Shown here one piece after another: positions 13,920 through 25,750 of a stretch of DNA of 64,000 nt. Source of the DNA: Camelus ferus (Eukaryota). How positions within the stretch are numbered: the first letter of the stretch is position 1; each line of letters starts with the position of its first letter. The translations under genes were made by a program, and so were the position numbers. Under the pieces are notes generated by a model. It ran no database searches and was not told the origin of the DNA. It saw only the letters and a list, made by a program, of their open reading frames with translations. The DNA lies in NCBI RefSeq assembly GCF_009834535.1, contig NC_045696.1:85996001-86060000 (forward strand), in the 5' to 3' direction.

Positions 13920-14675
13920 TCTAATCTCCAATTTTTATAGATCTTATATGAAAATCAATCTTTATTTTTTATGTTACAGCCTTTTAAAAATATTTTGTAT
14001 GTTTCTTAATAAAAATCTTAAACCTCTTTGGATAGATTTATTTCTCAGATTTTATATTTTAATTCTATTTCAATAATGTATTTTCAGTTACTGACATATA
14101 AAAATATTATCAGCATTTTTTTAATGTTGATCATGTGCCTAGTTCACTTGCTCATCTTATACTAACTTATTTTTTAAAGTTCTGTTATATTTTATATGGA
14201 CTTTTCCATGTAAACATTCACATTATATAAAAATCAGAATTTTTCTCCTTTTCAATCTGTATGTCTTTAACTTTTTTTTTATTGTCTTACTGCACTGCTC
14301 AGGACAATATGTAATAAAAAACAGTGAAATAGGGCATCCATTGCTTACTCCTAAATTTAGTGGCAATTGTTGTACAGTCTTATTAAAGATATTAGATGAA
14401 TAGATTAGCTGGATGGCCATCATTATGTTAATAAAGTTCCTTTCCATTCACAGATTGCTAAGAATCTGTTTTTTTTAACATCATGAATGAGTATTGAATT
14501 ATATTAAGTGCTTTTGTGCAACTATTGAGATACTCGTTTCTTTTAAATCTATTAATTTGGTGGATTATGTTGTCAGATTTTAAGTTGAGCTATCCTTCTA
14601 TGCCATGATACAATATTTGTTTTTCCTTTTCTGACTCCATTTACTGAGTTATTATTTAAGATGTCTGTATCTGAT
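13920..14675 (-). mobile_element. Old L1 ORF2 reverse-transcriptase fragment
   Basis: ORF 14223-14447 (NFINIMMAI...LPLNLGVSNGCPISLFF) aligns by eye to L1 ORF2 RT (YLKIIRAIY...FPLKTGTRQGCPLSPLLF). Confidence 0.85.
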
Positions 14676-14721
14676 TAGAGAAAGGAATTGAGATTACCTA
14701 TCTACACATCCATCTATCTAT

Positions 14722-15059
14722 TGTAAAAAATTAATAAATAGAAATCGCAATGAAATAGAGTTGGGAGAACAGCGGTGGAGCTCTCGTGCCCTGTGATGAA
14801 AGCAGAGCCCAACAGGAATAAGAAAGACTCCTCTTCTTTCCTGACAAGAATTCAGTCGATGAAAAGCTATGTGTTCTCTGTTTACTGTAGCCTTCCTGCC
14901 TTCCTTTTCCTCCCTATATTAGCATCCTCTTCCTTTGCCATGCAGGGACTTGCACGTGGCTCACTATGGTTGCAGGCTATGAATTGCGATTCTCCCCTGA
15001 TTCTAAATAAACCTCTTTGCTGGAGAGGTATCTGGCAATGTATTTGTTTCAGGTCAAAA
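14722..15059 (+). mobile_element. Short ERV1 solo LTR (338 bp) with a 4-bp target-site duplication
   Basis: Starts tgtaaaaaattaataaa and ends tcaggtcaaaa (terminal CA decayed). TATA-like ccctatatt and aataaa at ~15006. Flanked by ctat at 14718-14721 and 15060-15063. Confidence 0.8.
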
Positions 15060-15134
15060 CTATTTCTATCAATCTATTGATCTATCAATCGATCGATCAA
15101 TCTATTTATCTATCTATTCTCTCCCTAGCTCTAG

Positions 15135-15790
15135 CTGAATCAGCTTAAGACAATCAGGGACAAACTCAGTCTGAGTTAGTTAGGTTTATTGACCCATAGC
15201 AATAAGAGAAAACACACTCAGAAGCAACCATCAGACAATTCACCAAGCAATTGGAAAAATGGAGTAATTGTGAAATTAGGAGAAAGAATGGAGTTTAGGT
15301 AAAATTTAATTGAAGTGTTTTGATAGGCTCAAATCAAAGTAGACTGACCATTAAGGGGTCGGTTTCTACTCTGGACTGCAAAGGGAACCCAGCCTTTTGT
15401 TTCTTTCAAAACTACAAACTTATGAATGAGAAAAATGTGTTCAGAAACTTATTATCTGACACTCTCCATCTGGATTGGAAATCAAGGCTGCTTCTCTGTG
15501 TCAAAGCCAATTAGATCCCCCAGGCAAGAGAAGAATGTTACATTTCTACTGAAGTAATTTCAAACAACAGTTTGTGATAGTCTTTCATTTGGAGATAGAG
15601 AACAAAGTTTTGCTGTGAATAGAAAGTAGTCACTCAAGGAAGGGATTGCTATGATACTTTAAAGTTGCACAGGGACCTTGGGAAAAAAATTGTTTCTTGT
15701 TAACTCGGCAGCTGGCTTTATCCATATCTGTCATCCCAGCCTGATGAATGGAAGAGCAGACTTTTGGTTTCTCAGTCAAAGCAAATTTCT
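15135..15790 (-). mobile_element. Old ERV1-class LTR (MER89/MER90/MER92-like)
   Basis: Reverse poly(A) signal ggtttattgaccc near the left end, followed by ~600 bp of old-LTR-like sequence. Confidence 0.55.
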
Positions 15791-16429
15791 CCCTCTCTCT
15801 CATATATAATGAGCTATGTGTAATTTATATATATGTATTTTCATACATTTACATACATATATTTACACATCAGTATGCATAAATATTGATAATAATGCAT
15901 TTATGTTGTAAGCTAATAAGATTTTATAAATACAGACACTCACACACACATATAATTTTCAATTTTTACTGACCCAGATTATTTTAGTACCAAAACTTTC
16001 ATTGCCTGAAAAAAATTAAGTTGTATGTATGTCCCTATTTAAAAAGGTGCAGTTATCCATATCATTAACAAGGTACTTCCTTTCTGTTAATTTGTTATTT
16101 AATACTATATTCTAATTTCAATAACACAGAGATGTATAGGGGATAATAAACTAAAATAATCTGTTCCTACTAAAACACACAACAGATACTGACATTTTGC
16201 CAAATATGACTCAGATTTGCTTTTCTTTAAGGAATAGACTATTACAGACATAAGTAGTATCTCCTAATCCTATTCCACGAGTGTTAGCAATTGAATTTTA
16301 GTTATACATAAATATGTACATATACACATGTATAAGCCTATGTGTGTATATACGTAATTAAAATGAAGAAAAGTCACTAAAAAACAAAAAGAATATATAT
16401 ATAATATAAACCCACAGATACATTAGTTT

Positions 16430-17375
16430 TGTTTTCTATTGACTGTTCTTCTTTTTCTTGATAAGTAATAGTTTTCATTCTATTGTTACTTCTTTTATTT
16501 CTACCTATAATTGTTTTATAACATCTAGAGTTTCTTGTTTTTGTTTGATTCATTTTGTTTCATTTTGTTTCAAATATTTTTTCCTTGTTCTGTTTTAGGA
16601 ACCTAATCTTACTTAATTCAAGTTTCCTTTTCATTGATATAACATATTAATTTTGTCAAAATAATGTTTCTATTTTTGGTTTTAGTAATAGATTTATTCA
16701 TGGGTTTCCTCAAAATCCTCATGAATTTGAATTTTCAGACTCATCATGAGTGAGACATTTATTTTCCTGTCCCTTTTGCCCTTTCTTTCTGCATTCACCT
16801 TTATTTATAGTCTGATAGTTTTGTGTTTGCTTACTTTTGGTCTCTGTGGAATCTCCACGTTTGAAATAGATTTAAAGCATGTGGCTGGTTCTCCTTGCTT
16901 ACGGTGATGGGAATATATAATGAATAAGCCTGTCAGTGAATTGGCCAAATCCTGGATTTAATGCTACACTTGCATTGGTCTCAGACCCCTTTTATGTATG
17001 AGACTGCATAGAATTCATTGCTCCAAGAGTCATGGGTAAGAAACGTTTTTAAATGTGTTTTTGAAGGGGGGGGGGGCCCACTCCGCTTTCTGGAATCAAG
17101 CATTCTACCTCAAGCTTCTGTTCTCCCCCACCATTTCCAGTTCTCATTACTCTGTACTTCTTTCACATCTACTTGCTTTAGAAGCAAGAAATCAGCAGAC
17201 TACACCTTCTGTCTTGCTCAATACTTTGCATTTTAAATTGCAAAGATATTCTTGTTTTTAAATACAGCTCTGTGCTTATAATTTTATTTTAATTCTTTAT
17301 AAACCATTGCTATCTGTTTGCAGTAGTGAATAAGGGAGAAATTTCCCAAACCAAACACCATCTTGAAGGGAAGCA
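16430..17375 (-). mobile_element. Very degraded L1ME-type 5' region
   Basis: T-rich strand bias; ends in caccatcttgaagggaagc, the reverse of the aagatgg motif at old L1 5' ends. Confidence 0.4.
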
Positions 17376-17568
17376 TATTTACCTTATTGTCATATTTTTG
17401 GTGAAAGTCTCTATAATTGCTTTGCCATTCTATGTATATTGCAGTCTCTTCTATGTTACCAACAATGATATTTGTTTAATGAATTAATAAAATTAATAAA
17501 TATATATTTGTTGGCTTGGCAGAACAATTTTAATATAAAAAGACAAATTGTCTTATGTTGTAATGTAG

Positions 17569-17802
17569 TGAATTATATTCAGATGCCATATCTTATTTGA
17601 TAAGTGAAATTACATGTATTTTAGATTCTTTTTATCTTACTTGTATTATATTGAATATAATATGTATTGTATTATTATGTTGTATTATATATGTAATCTA
17701 TTAATAGGTAATGCAATGTATTATAATGAATTATAATTCGGATGCCATATCTTATTTGATAAGTAAAATTATGTGTATTTTAGATTCTTTTTATCTTACT
17801 TG
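17569..17802. repeat. ~75-bp direct duplication separated by an 83-bp AT-rich filler
   Basis: 17569-17643 vs 17727-17802 differ by 4 substitutions and 1 indel. Confidence 0.95.
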
Positions 17803-19239
17803 AATGATTTCCTTTTGAAAATGACTCACTTATGTTATGATTTTATTATGTTAGATGAATAGATCGAGAAAAATAATATTTTCCTAAGGATATAATAGCT
17901 TGGAAACTGAGCTTGACCTAAAGACACAAAGAAAATTAGTTTTCTACTGAAAAGCTAGAGAGATCTTAAACTACTAATTATTGTAGATCCTATGAAGGAA
18001 ATTCATCAGAGAAATAATTTTTAATATTTGAAAAAGATTTGAGAAAACATTTTTAAATAAATGTATTTCTCTAAAATAATATCATTTAAAATTTGTATTT
18101 TTCAAAGCAAAACCTTAATTTGAAACAAGACTCTCACAGAAATATTACTTTTGAAACAAGACTCATAGAAATATTACTTAACATATAAATATAATATCAT
18201 CCAAGAATGAAATCATTTGGATGTAAGTGGAAAATTATTATCTTAAATTTAATTTTACAGAATTGTTCAATTTAATTTTTACTTTGTTCAGATAATAGTA
18301 GGCTAGGAATTTAATCTTTAAAAATATTATATATCATTATCTTTGTAAGAAAATAATTATATCATAGTATCATTCAAACATTCACTTGTTATTTTTTGAC
18401 ACTTTAGTTTCACAAATATAATCCCTACCTATTTAAAAGCAGTAACATTCCCTTCACTATTTTTTTTTTTTTTGTATTTTTTTGTTGTTGTTCAGTCCCA
18501 GCATGAATTGTTTCATGATTGATGAAACCCAGCAGGCTGTTACAACCATTCAGAGAACAAGCTATGTCTTCATTTATACCTTATTAACTTAAATGCCAGG
18601 GTTCATCGACATGTTACAATCACTAAAACACAATCTGATCAACCACTTGGACAGAAATCTCTGAGTATAAAAGTATCTGTGATATCAGTTATGAAAATTA
18701 TCTGGTCCAGAATACAGGCTTTACTATCTTATAAATCCAAAGGCAAATTTCACAGTCGCTTGGATTATTGTATTTAAGAATAAACACAAATCTGAAATGC
18801 CACTTCTCTAGTTAGAAATAATGTTTGGCCCCACAGAATGTTATTTTATATCCAGAAATAAGCTGATAGATTAAAGTAAACTTAGTTGTTATTATCTCTA
18901 AACCTATTCTCATGCTTTCTTTTTACCAAGCTATGTCTCTTACTCTGCATTTCTGAAATTCTGTTCTATGTTCTAGTAATACAGACCATGTATAGTTCTA
19001 CCAGGATGTCACATACTTTCTTCTATGTCTTTTTTTCAGGATATTTTTGATTTTGGAATGTTCTTTTAACTGTAAAGCAACTAAATCCCTGTCCATCTCT
19101 CGAAGGACAAGTTTAAAAGGTAAGTGCTATTTGCAGATCATCTTGATTTTAGAGTCAGAAATGCTCTCTTCCTCTTCTGCAAGATAATTTCATTATCTAC
19201 ATCAGTGACAATAATTCAATTTAAACTGAATTCAATTCT

Positions 19240-19820
19240 ATCCAATTAACATATTTTGAGTGCTATTCCACTCTAGGCACCATGCTTAATCATATAAATG
19301 TATAATTTCCCTTCAAAGAATTTACAGGTTTATAGAGAAACAAGTAAATACTTATTTGATATTCTGTATGTTAAGTGCAACAAGGTAATATGTTACAAGA
19401 TAGGTCTCCATAGTCCGCTGAAGAATAAGGAGTTAGTTTTGCAGAAGGTTTAAGTCCTAACCAAGGAATTGCATGAGATAAAGCTGGAAATGCAGACTGA
19501 GGCCATATTATGAAGGACCATATTGGCAATATGAGTGATGCATTCATAGTCATCATATGAATGATAAGATATAGTACAGTGTTTGGTATATTTCATTTTA
19601 GGTTCTAGATAATTATGGAAGGATTTAGAGCAAGGAAAAGTAAAGAATTACGAAAGGGAAAAAGATATAGGGAATAAATGGTAGTTTTTACAACTGTGGA
19701 GGAAAATTAGTAGGAATTGATCTTAAACTGGAAGCAAAAAATGACCAAAAAAATGAAAGAACAAAACTGGAGGGAGTAGTTCAAAATATTTAGGAAGTAG
19801 AAACAAAACCACTGCTTGAT
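19240..19820 (-). mobile_element. LINE-2 fragment
   Basis: acatattttgagtgctattccactctaggcaccatgct...ttcaaagaatttacag...gaggccatattatgaaggacc is the reverse L2 3' pattern. Confidence 0.6.
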
Positions 19821-20666
19821 CGCATTTATATATTCTACCCTTTCTTTGTGAGGTTATGGTAATGTAGAGGTTTGTTCTATAATATTATCTTGCCCCCTGT
19901 TTATAGCTGTTTTCTGCCAGCCTCCCAGTGTCTCCTGCTCATTTGACGTTAGCCCTGACTGTGTTTTTCCTTTCCACTCTGAGTCCTGCTGTTTCTCTAG
20001 GCTGTCCTTAAGGATGCACATCCAGCACCTGGCCCCCCCCCCCCAGGTCTGTAATCTCCTCAACTCTAATGCACTATTCTTTGACTAACCCAAGTCTATA
20101 CTCTAGACTCTAACTCAAGGTTGGACTCTTTAAACTGTTATTGGTAATATTCTCTCCTTCCCATTTATTTGTTCATAAACGTTCTGTTTTGATGTCAACA
20201 ACCACCAATCTGGAATATCCCCCACTTAGCTGAGTAATTCCTAAGTGTCTTTCAGTATTCAAGTCACTTATGGACTAGTTCCGTTGCTATCAGTCTAAAT
20301 CATTCTGCTACACTCTCCAACCATCCTTTATTTTCTGCCTTAGTCTTATAATTAATTATTATATACTTATTTTTGAGGGTACTTTTTTTACAGCTTATTC
20401 TCTGCAATAAAGTTTAAATTCAATTTTTTAAATGATTCTATCTTTACCACCAAGGATTGCCTAGTCAAGCTTTTGTCCTGAGCAGCTAAATTGCTGTTAT
20501 CGAGAACTGACAAAGAATACTAGAAAGGACAGATTTGGGTTGGAGATGGGAGAGGAAAGATAACCATAATTGAAGGTACTTCATCCTCAGTTAACAGAAA
20601 TTTCTTCCTGGTAGAAACTTTGAAGTATACACCTTTTTGTAAGGGATATAAAGCTGAACACCACTT

Positions 20667-21000
20667 CATAGTCAGGACTCTGGAGCCAGGATGCCTGAGT
20701 TCAAATCCTAGTGTCCCCACGGACCAGTTGGTTAAACTTGGTCAAATTACTCAACTCTCTGATTCCTCCTTTGTAAAATAAGCATAATAGAGATTAGTGT
20801 TTAGCTTTTGTGAGAATTAAGTGTTTGAAAAATTTTAGTTATCATTTTTATTTATTGTAATTAATATTGTTGCTAAATTGAAGACACAAGTAATGTAACT
20901 CTAGAATTGTTGAGAAAATTAAGTGAAATTATACCTGCAAACAACTTGAATAGTGTCTCTTACATAGTGTCAGGCACTATTATTATTATTGCTGTTAATA
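20667..21000 (+). mobile_element. MIR SINE plus a second MIR 3' half
   Basis: ggactctggagccaggatgcctgagttcaaatcctag...ttggtcaaattactcaactctctg...tgtaaaat, then gttgagaaaattaagtgaaattata...acatagt. Confidence 0.8.
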
Positions 21001-22693
21001 TATTATTACTCCTGCTAATGTTTACTCTGTGTGCCAGAGACACAGTATTATTACTTTCTTTGTGAGGTAACAGTTATAAATTTTTCCACATATATTATTT
21101 GGAAATATTTACATTTAGGGATCTAAAGTAATTCAAATAGTTGGTTTACTTAATTCCTCTTATGTTTACACTTTTCTTACATGACTTACACAAATAATCA
21201 GTATATAAATGCCAAATTAAAAAAAAAACTAAAATGAAAACATATCTTTCTACCAAAGATAAGTTTAAGGTGAATATTTTGCTAAATAACAAATTAATAT
21301 GTGTGTCTGTATGTATGTGTGTATGGGTGTGGTTGGTGAAGACTAGAAACATTTTTGATACAGACACACATTAAAGCTAGACAAAATTTAATGCAATTAT
21401 ATATAATTGAATAAAACATCAAATCAAACAGAGGTATTTAATCAAGAAATCAATGGAATGCAATTGCACAAAAATAATAATTTGCATATTCTAGGTCTTC
21501 TCCTTTTCACATACATTTTATATTTAGCTTTTAATTACCTATCAAAATCTGATGAAATTATGATTATGACTGCATTAAATTTAATAGGGCAGTTTGGATG
21601 TCATGGATGTTTACGATACTGAGATTTCTACTCCATGAATATACTGTATCCCAATTTATGTATGCCCTTTTTAATATCTCTCATTATTATTTTGTTATTT
21701 TTAGTTAAGAGGACTTGCACATCTTTTGTTGAATTTATTTCTTAAGATCTTAAGGGTTTTTTGTGGCTACAATGCATTAATTTTCAAATAAATCCATTGT
21801 GGTCAGAGAACGTACTGTATGTGATTGCAATCCTTTTAAATTTATTTAGTTCTTTCTATGGCACAATATGCAGTCAGTTTTAGGGAAAGCACCATGTACA
21901 CATGAAAAAAAATTGGTATTAAGCAGTTTCTGTGTGTTGTGTTCTATACATATGAATTAGTTTATGATGGGTGATAGACTTATTCAGGTTTTCTGTTTTA
22001 CTCTTTGTCTTGGTTTTTCTATCAATTGCTGAGAGAATGCTGTTAAAATCTTCAGTTCTGATTATGGAATATTCTATCTATCCCACTCACTCTGTCAATT
22101 CTTGCTTAATATATTGTGAAGCCTATATTATTTTGTGTCTACATGTTTATGATTAGTGTATCTCCCTGATGTACTGAATGTTCTGTTTGCCTCAAAGTCC
22201 ACTTTATCCCATATTTCTATATCCAATCTTACATATTAAGGTTTACTGCTTTTATAATATACCTTAACCCTTCATCTTGAAGTGTTTATATATATTTAAT
22301 TACAACTCTTGCAGGAAAACTCTGTCTTTTAAATGGAGATTTTAGTTTATTAATTATTAGTGCAATTATGTTTAGAATAGGTTCTCTATTTTACTATTTG
22401 TTTTCCTTTTTGTGTCTCCTCACATTCTGTTTTTTGTAATAGCTTCGTTCCTGACTATTGAGGTTAAATGTATATTTTAAAAAATTTATTCTTACTTAGG
22501 TATGTCTCTTTTCTTCATAGTTAAGTGGTTGCTCTAAGAAATACAGTATGAACACTTTTTCATGGAATAATTAGAGTTAATATTAGTCTTTAAAAAAATG
22601 GGAATTTTACTATCACATGGGTCTATTTACAACTTGCACAACATTTGTAATCTAAGTGTCAAAAATATTACACTGACACACAATAAAATTTCC

Positions 22694-22870
22694 TAAAGTA
22701 TCCAGATTTACCAAAGAAAATGCAGAATGTGCAGTTAAATTTCAACTCCAGGCACACAACAAATAATTTTCAGTCATCCAATATTTGGAATATATACTTA
22801 AACAAGTTATTTGTTATCTATCTAAAATTCAGGTATAAACGGGAATACTATATTTTAACTGGTGATCCTA
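22694..22870 (+). mobile_element. MER53 non-autonomous hAT MITE
   Basis: ccagatttaccaaagaaaatgcagaatgtgcagttaaattt...tattttaactggtgatccta; palindromic MER53 structure. Confidence 0.85.
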
Positions 22871-23169
22871 TCAGTTCTCCAGTAAAGTATTACGATGTTT
22901 GATTTAGTCTTATTTATTTTAAAGAAGTTGGGAGAAAAAAAGTTTTTATATTTATCAAGATCATACCCACTGCTTTTCATTCCTACCTGAATATCCAAAT
23001 TTCTACTGGTATCATTTCTCATCAACCTAAAGACCTTTTTTTCATTCTTAGAGTCTGTACATATTAAATTGTATCAATTATTTTTAGTAAATGTCTTCAG
23101 TTTTTCCTCCCTGTGAAAATATTGTCATTGGTATGAAAAAATGAGTTAAATAATTTTTCCTAAGCCCTG

Positions 23170-23548
23170 TGCTATAGACAGAATATTTGTGTCTCTCGCC
23201 CCAAATTCATATGTGGACATTTTAACCCCCCATGAGCTAGTATGAGGAGGCGTGGCATATGATGAAAGGTGACTTGGTCATGAGGGCAGAGCACACATGA
23301 ATGGGATCACTGCTATGAAGGAGATCTGGAGCTCGCCTTTGCCCCTCTGCCATGAGAAGCCCCCGGAAAAGGTAGCTGCCTGTGAACCAGGAAGTGGGCT
23401 CTCACCAGACACCAAATCGGCTGGCACCTTGATCTTGCTCTTCCCAGAGCAGGTTCAGCCTCCAGAACTGTAGGAAATAAATTTCTGTTGTTTTAAACCA
23501 CCCAGTCTTTTGTATTCTGCTATAGCAATCAGGACAGACAAAAAGATA
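23170..23548 (+). mobile_element. MaLR solo LTR (MLT1A/MLT1A0-like)
   Basis: tgctatagacagaatatttgtgtc...ccccaaattcatatgt...ctcaccagacaccaaatcggctggcaccttgatcttg...aataaatttctgttg; 5-bp TSD ccctg/ccctt. Confidence 0.9.
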
Positions 23549-24474
23549 CCCTTTCAATTTACTTCTCTATCATTTACTCACATTTACTTACACTTGAAGA
23601 TGTCTTTGGATCAAAATGCCATTGATTTGTAGATTTTACTTTATTACTTTCTGTTTGTTTAGCATTTGTTCTTTGCCTTTGGTCTTCTGCTGCATGTCAC
23701 CATGTGTCCATCAGAGTTTTTAAAGGCTGTTTACCCATCTGTGGACTTGGAAGAGATTCTTTTAAACTCAGATCGATGTCTTTCTTTGATTTTAGAAAAT
23801 TTCATTAACTACTCTTCAAATACTGTTTTTTCACCATTATCTCTCTAAGTTTCTTGTCAACTAGTATTGGAGCTGCTCATTCACTCCTCTGTGCATCTTT
23901 CACACTTCTGTCTCTTTCTTCTTCACTCTCTTGTGGGTAATTTACTCAGACCTATACTTCCTATATTATGACTCTCTTCATTTAATCTAATGCATTCTTT
24001 TTAGCCCACTTATAAAGTTTTTAATTTAAATATTTATATTATTTCTAGAAGTTCTATTTTTTAAAAATTCGAGGTTGTCTGTTCTGTTGTTCATGGTTTA
24101 CTGTTTTTCATTGCATTTTCTACTTCCTCTTAAAAACTTCTTCCTCCCTCATGCAAACATTGTCACAAGTGAAAAAGATACCAGAGTCTCCATTTTTAAG
24201 ATGAGTTTTCCCCAATTTCAAGCTTGTTTAGCACTTTCTATCTGGGAGCATCTATACAGAACTCATTATATTTTTTAGCCCTATTTACAATAAGAATGTT
24301 CAATTTACAGGTTAGGTCTGATAGCTCAAACCCTTACACACAGATCTTACACGTTGTTTTCTGGTCTCATTTCCCACCCTTACATGACTGTTAAAATTCT
24401 ACTGTGCTCCATGAATTTTATAGTCAGATATCCAAAAGTTCCTAAATCTATTTTGAATATTCCCTTCACTTCTT

Positions 24475-24589
24475 TCTTTTTTAAGTTTATTTATTTATTT
24501 ATTTTAATGGCGATAGATACTGTGGATTGAACGCAGGACCTCATGCATGCTAAGCAAGCACTCTACCACTGAGCTGTACTCTCCGCCTG
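24475..24589 (-). mobile_element. Camelid Vic-1-type tRNA-derived SINE
   Basis: Reverse strand reads gagagtacagctcagtggtagagtgcttgcttagcatgcatgaggtcctgcgttcaatccacagta...ccattaaaataaataaataaataaac (A box, B box, AAAT tail). Imperfect TSD cccttcacttctt (24462-24474) / cccttcatctctt (24590-24602). Confidence 0.9.
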
Positions 24590-24619
24590 CCCTTCATCTC
24601 TTACTTGAGTTAAAGTATC

Positions 24620-25750
24620 AGTCACTTCTTTGGTCACTGTTTCATTCAGAACCCTTTCATGTTATGACCTCTTTCTATTCCCAACCACTGCAAGCCTTTC
24701 ATCATCTCAATTTTAAGTATCCTATTTTGCCAGTCACCTGCACTGTTTCCAGATCATTTCTCCTACTCCTCTGGCTCAAACAGTTTTTTAAGCCTCCTGG
24801 GACCAGCATCTCATTAGGTCTACAGATTTTTCCCTGCTGCTCCCAACTTCATGTCCTCATTTCCTTCTTTGCATAACTTGGAATTTATGGTCCTTTATTA
24901 TGATTTTTTTAGCCCCAAATCCTTTGTTTCCTCCTGGATGCTTGCAGCTGAATTTAGCTACAGAAAGGTGCACAACAGTGACAGACAGCAGGACCCACTT
25001 TGAATTCATAGCTTTGAGGGGTCTCAAGTGACAAGAACACCTTGCTACAGTATGTTTTTTTCTATTTACTCTCTCACTCTCCTGGATGACGATTTCATTC
25101 TTTTTCTCTTCTCAGGACTCTAATACTTTCTCCCCTTCCATACTCTTAGTTGACAGACATTTTTCCCTTAATCACTGGTAAAACAGAAGCAACTAAAAGA
25201 GATGTTACAAAAGTCCTTATTACACTAACTTCCTACCTAAATTTCCATCTTTTTGGATGCACTGAAGCCAGTCCTTTCAAATTTGTGTAAAAACCCAGCC
25301 CTTCTCTCCTTTTCAGAGACATCAGTTTTTTAAAATCAATTTTCTTGTCTCTATCCTGTATTAATACTTTGATGCTTTACAGCACTATTCTATCAGATAT
25401 GAAAAAGTTGTTCTTTCTTGCAGTTTATACAAACTAACAAACACACACACAAAACCAATACCCTATCTTGAACACATATTTCGCCTTCTGCAGCAACCTC
25501 ATTTTTCTTCTCCCTTTTTAGAAAAAGAATCTTAAAGGACTTTCTGTGCTCTATATTTCCTATTATTCTGCTTTTATTTTCACTTAAACCACTCAATCAT
25601 GATTTTGCCTCCACTATTCCTATTGTAAATTCCCTTTTAATATTCCTACTAACTTCTATATTGGTAAATCCAATGATTAAGTCTCAATTTTACCTGGTTT
25701 AAGCTATCAAGAGCTTTTGACACAACTTACCTCTCTAACTTCTTTGAAAT
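24620..25750 (+). mobile_element. LINE-2 ORF2 (RT) remnant
   Basis: ctccactattcc...aaatccaatg...ctatcaagagcttttgacacaact corresponds to the L2 RT HSTETAL...DLSAAFDT segment. Confidence 0.75.

Larger units (their letters stand above)
21520..24110 (-). mobile_element. Old L1 fragments (ORF2 RT and endonuclease regions, upstream region) hosting nested MER53 and MLT1A
   Basis: ccattgtggtcagagaacgtactgtatgtgattgcaatccttttaaatttatt and tctatcaattgctgagagaatgctgttaaaatcttcag are the reverse L1 EN-domain signature. Confidence 0.75.

Noticed and set aside
17569..18179. CRISPR-like repeat/spacer array
   Set aside because: Only two copies of each repeat, mammalian context and no cas genes.
24490..24585. 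tRNA gene
   Set aside because: The acceptor stem is degraded and it has an AAAT tail and TSD, so it is a tRNA-derived SINE.
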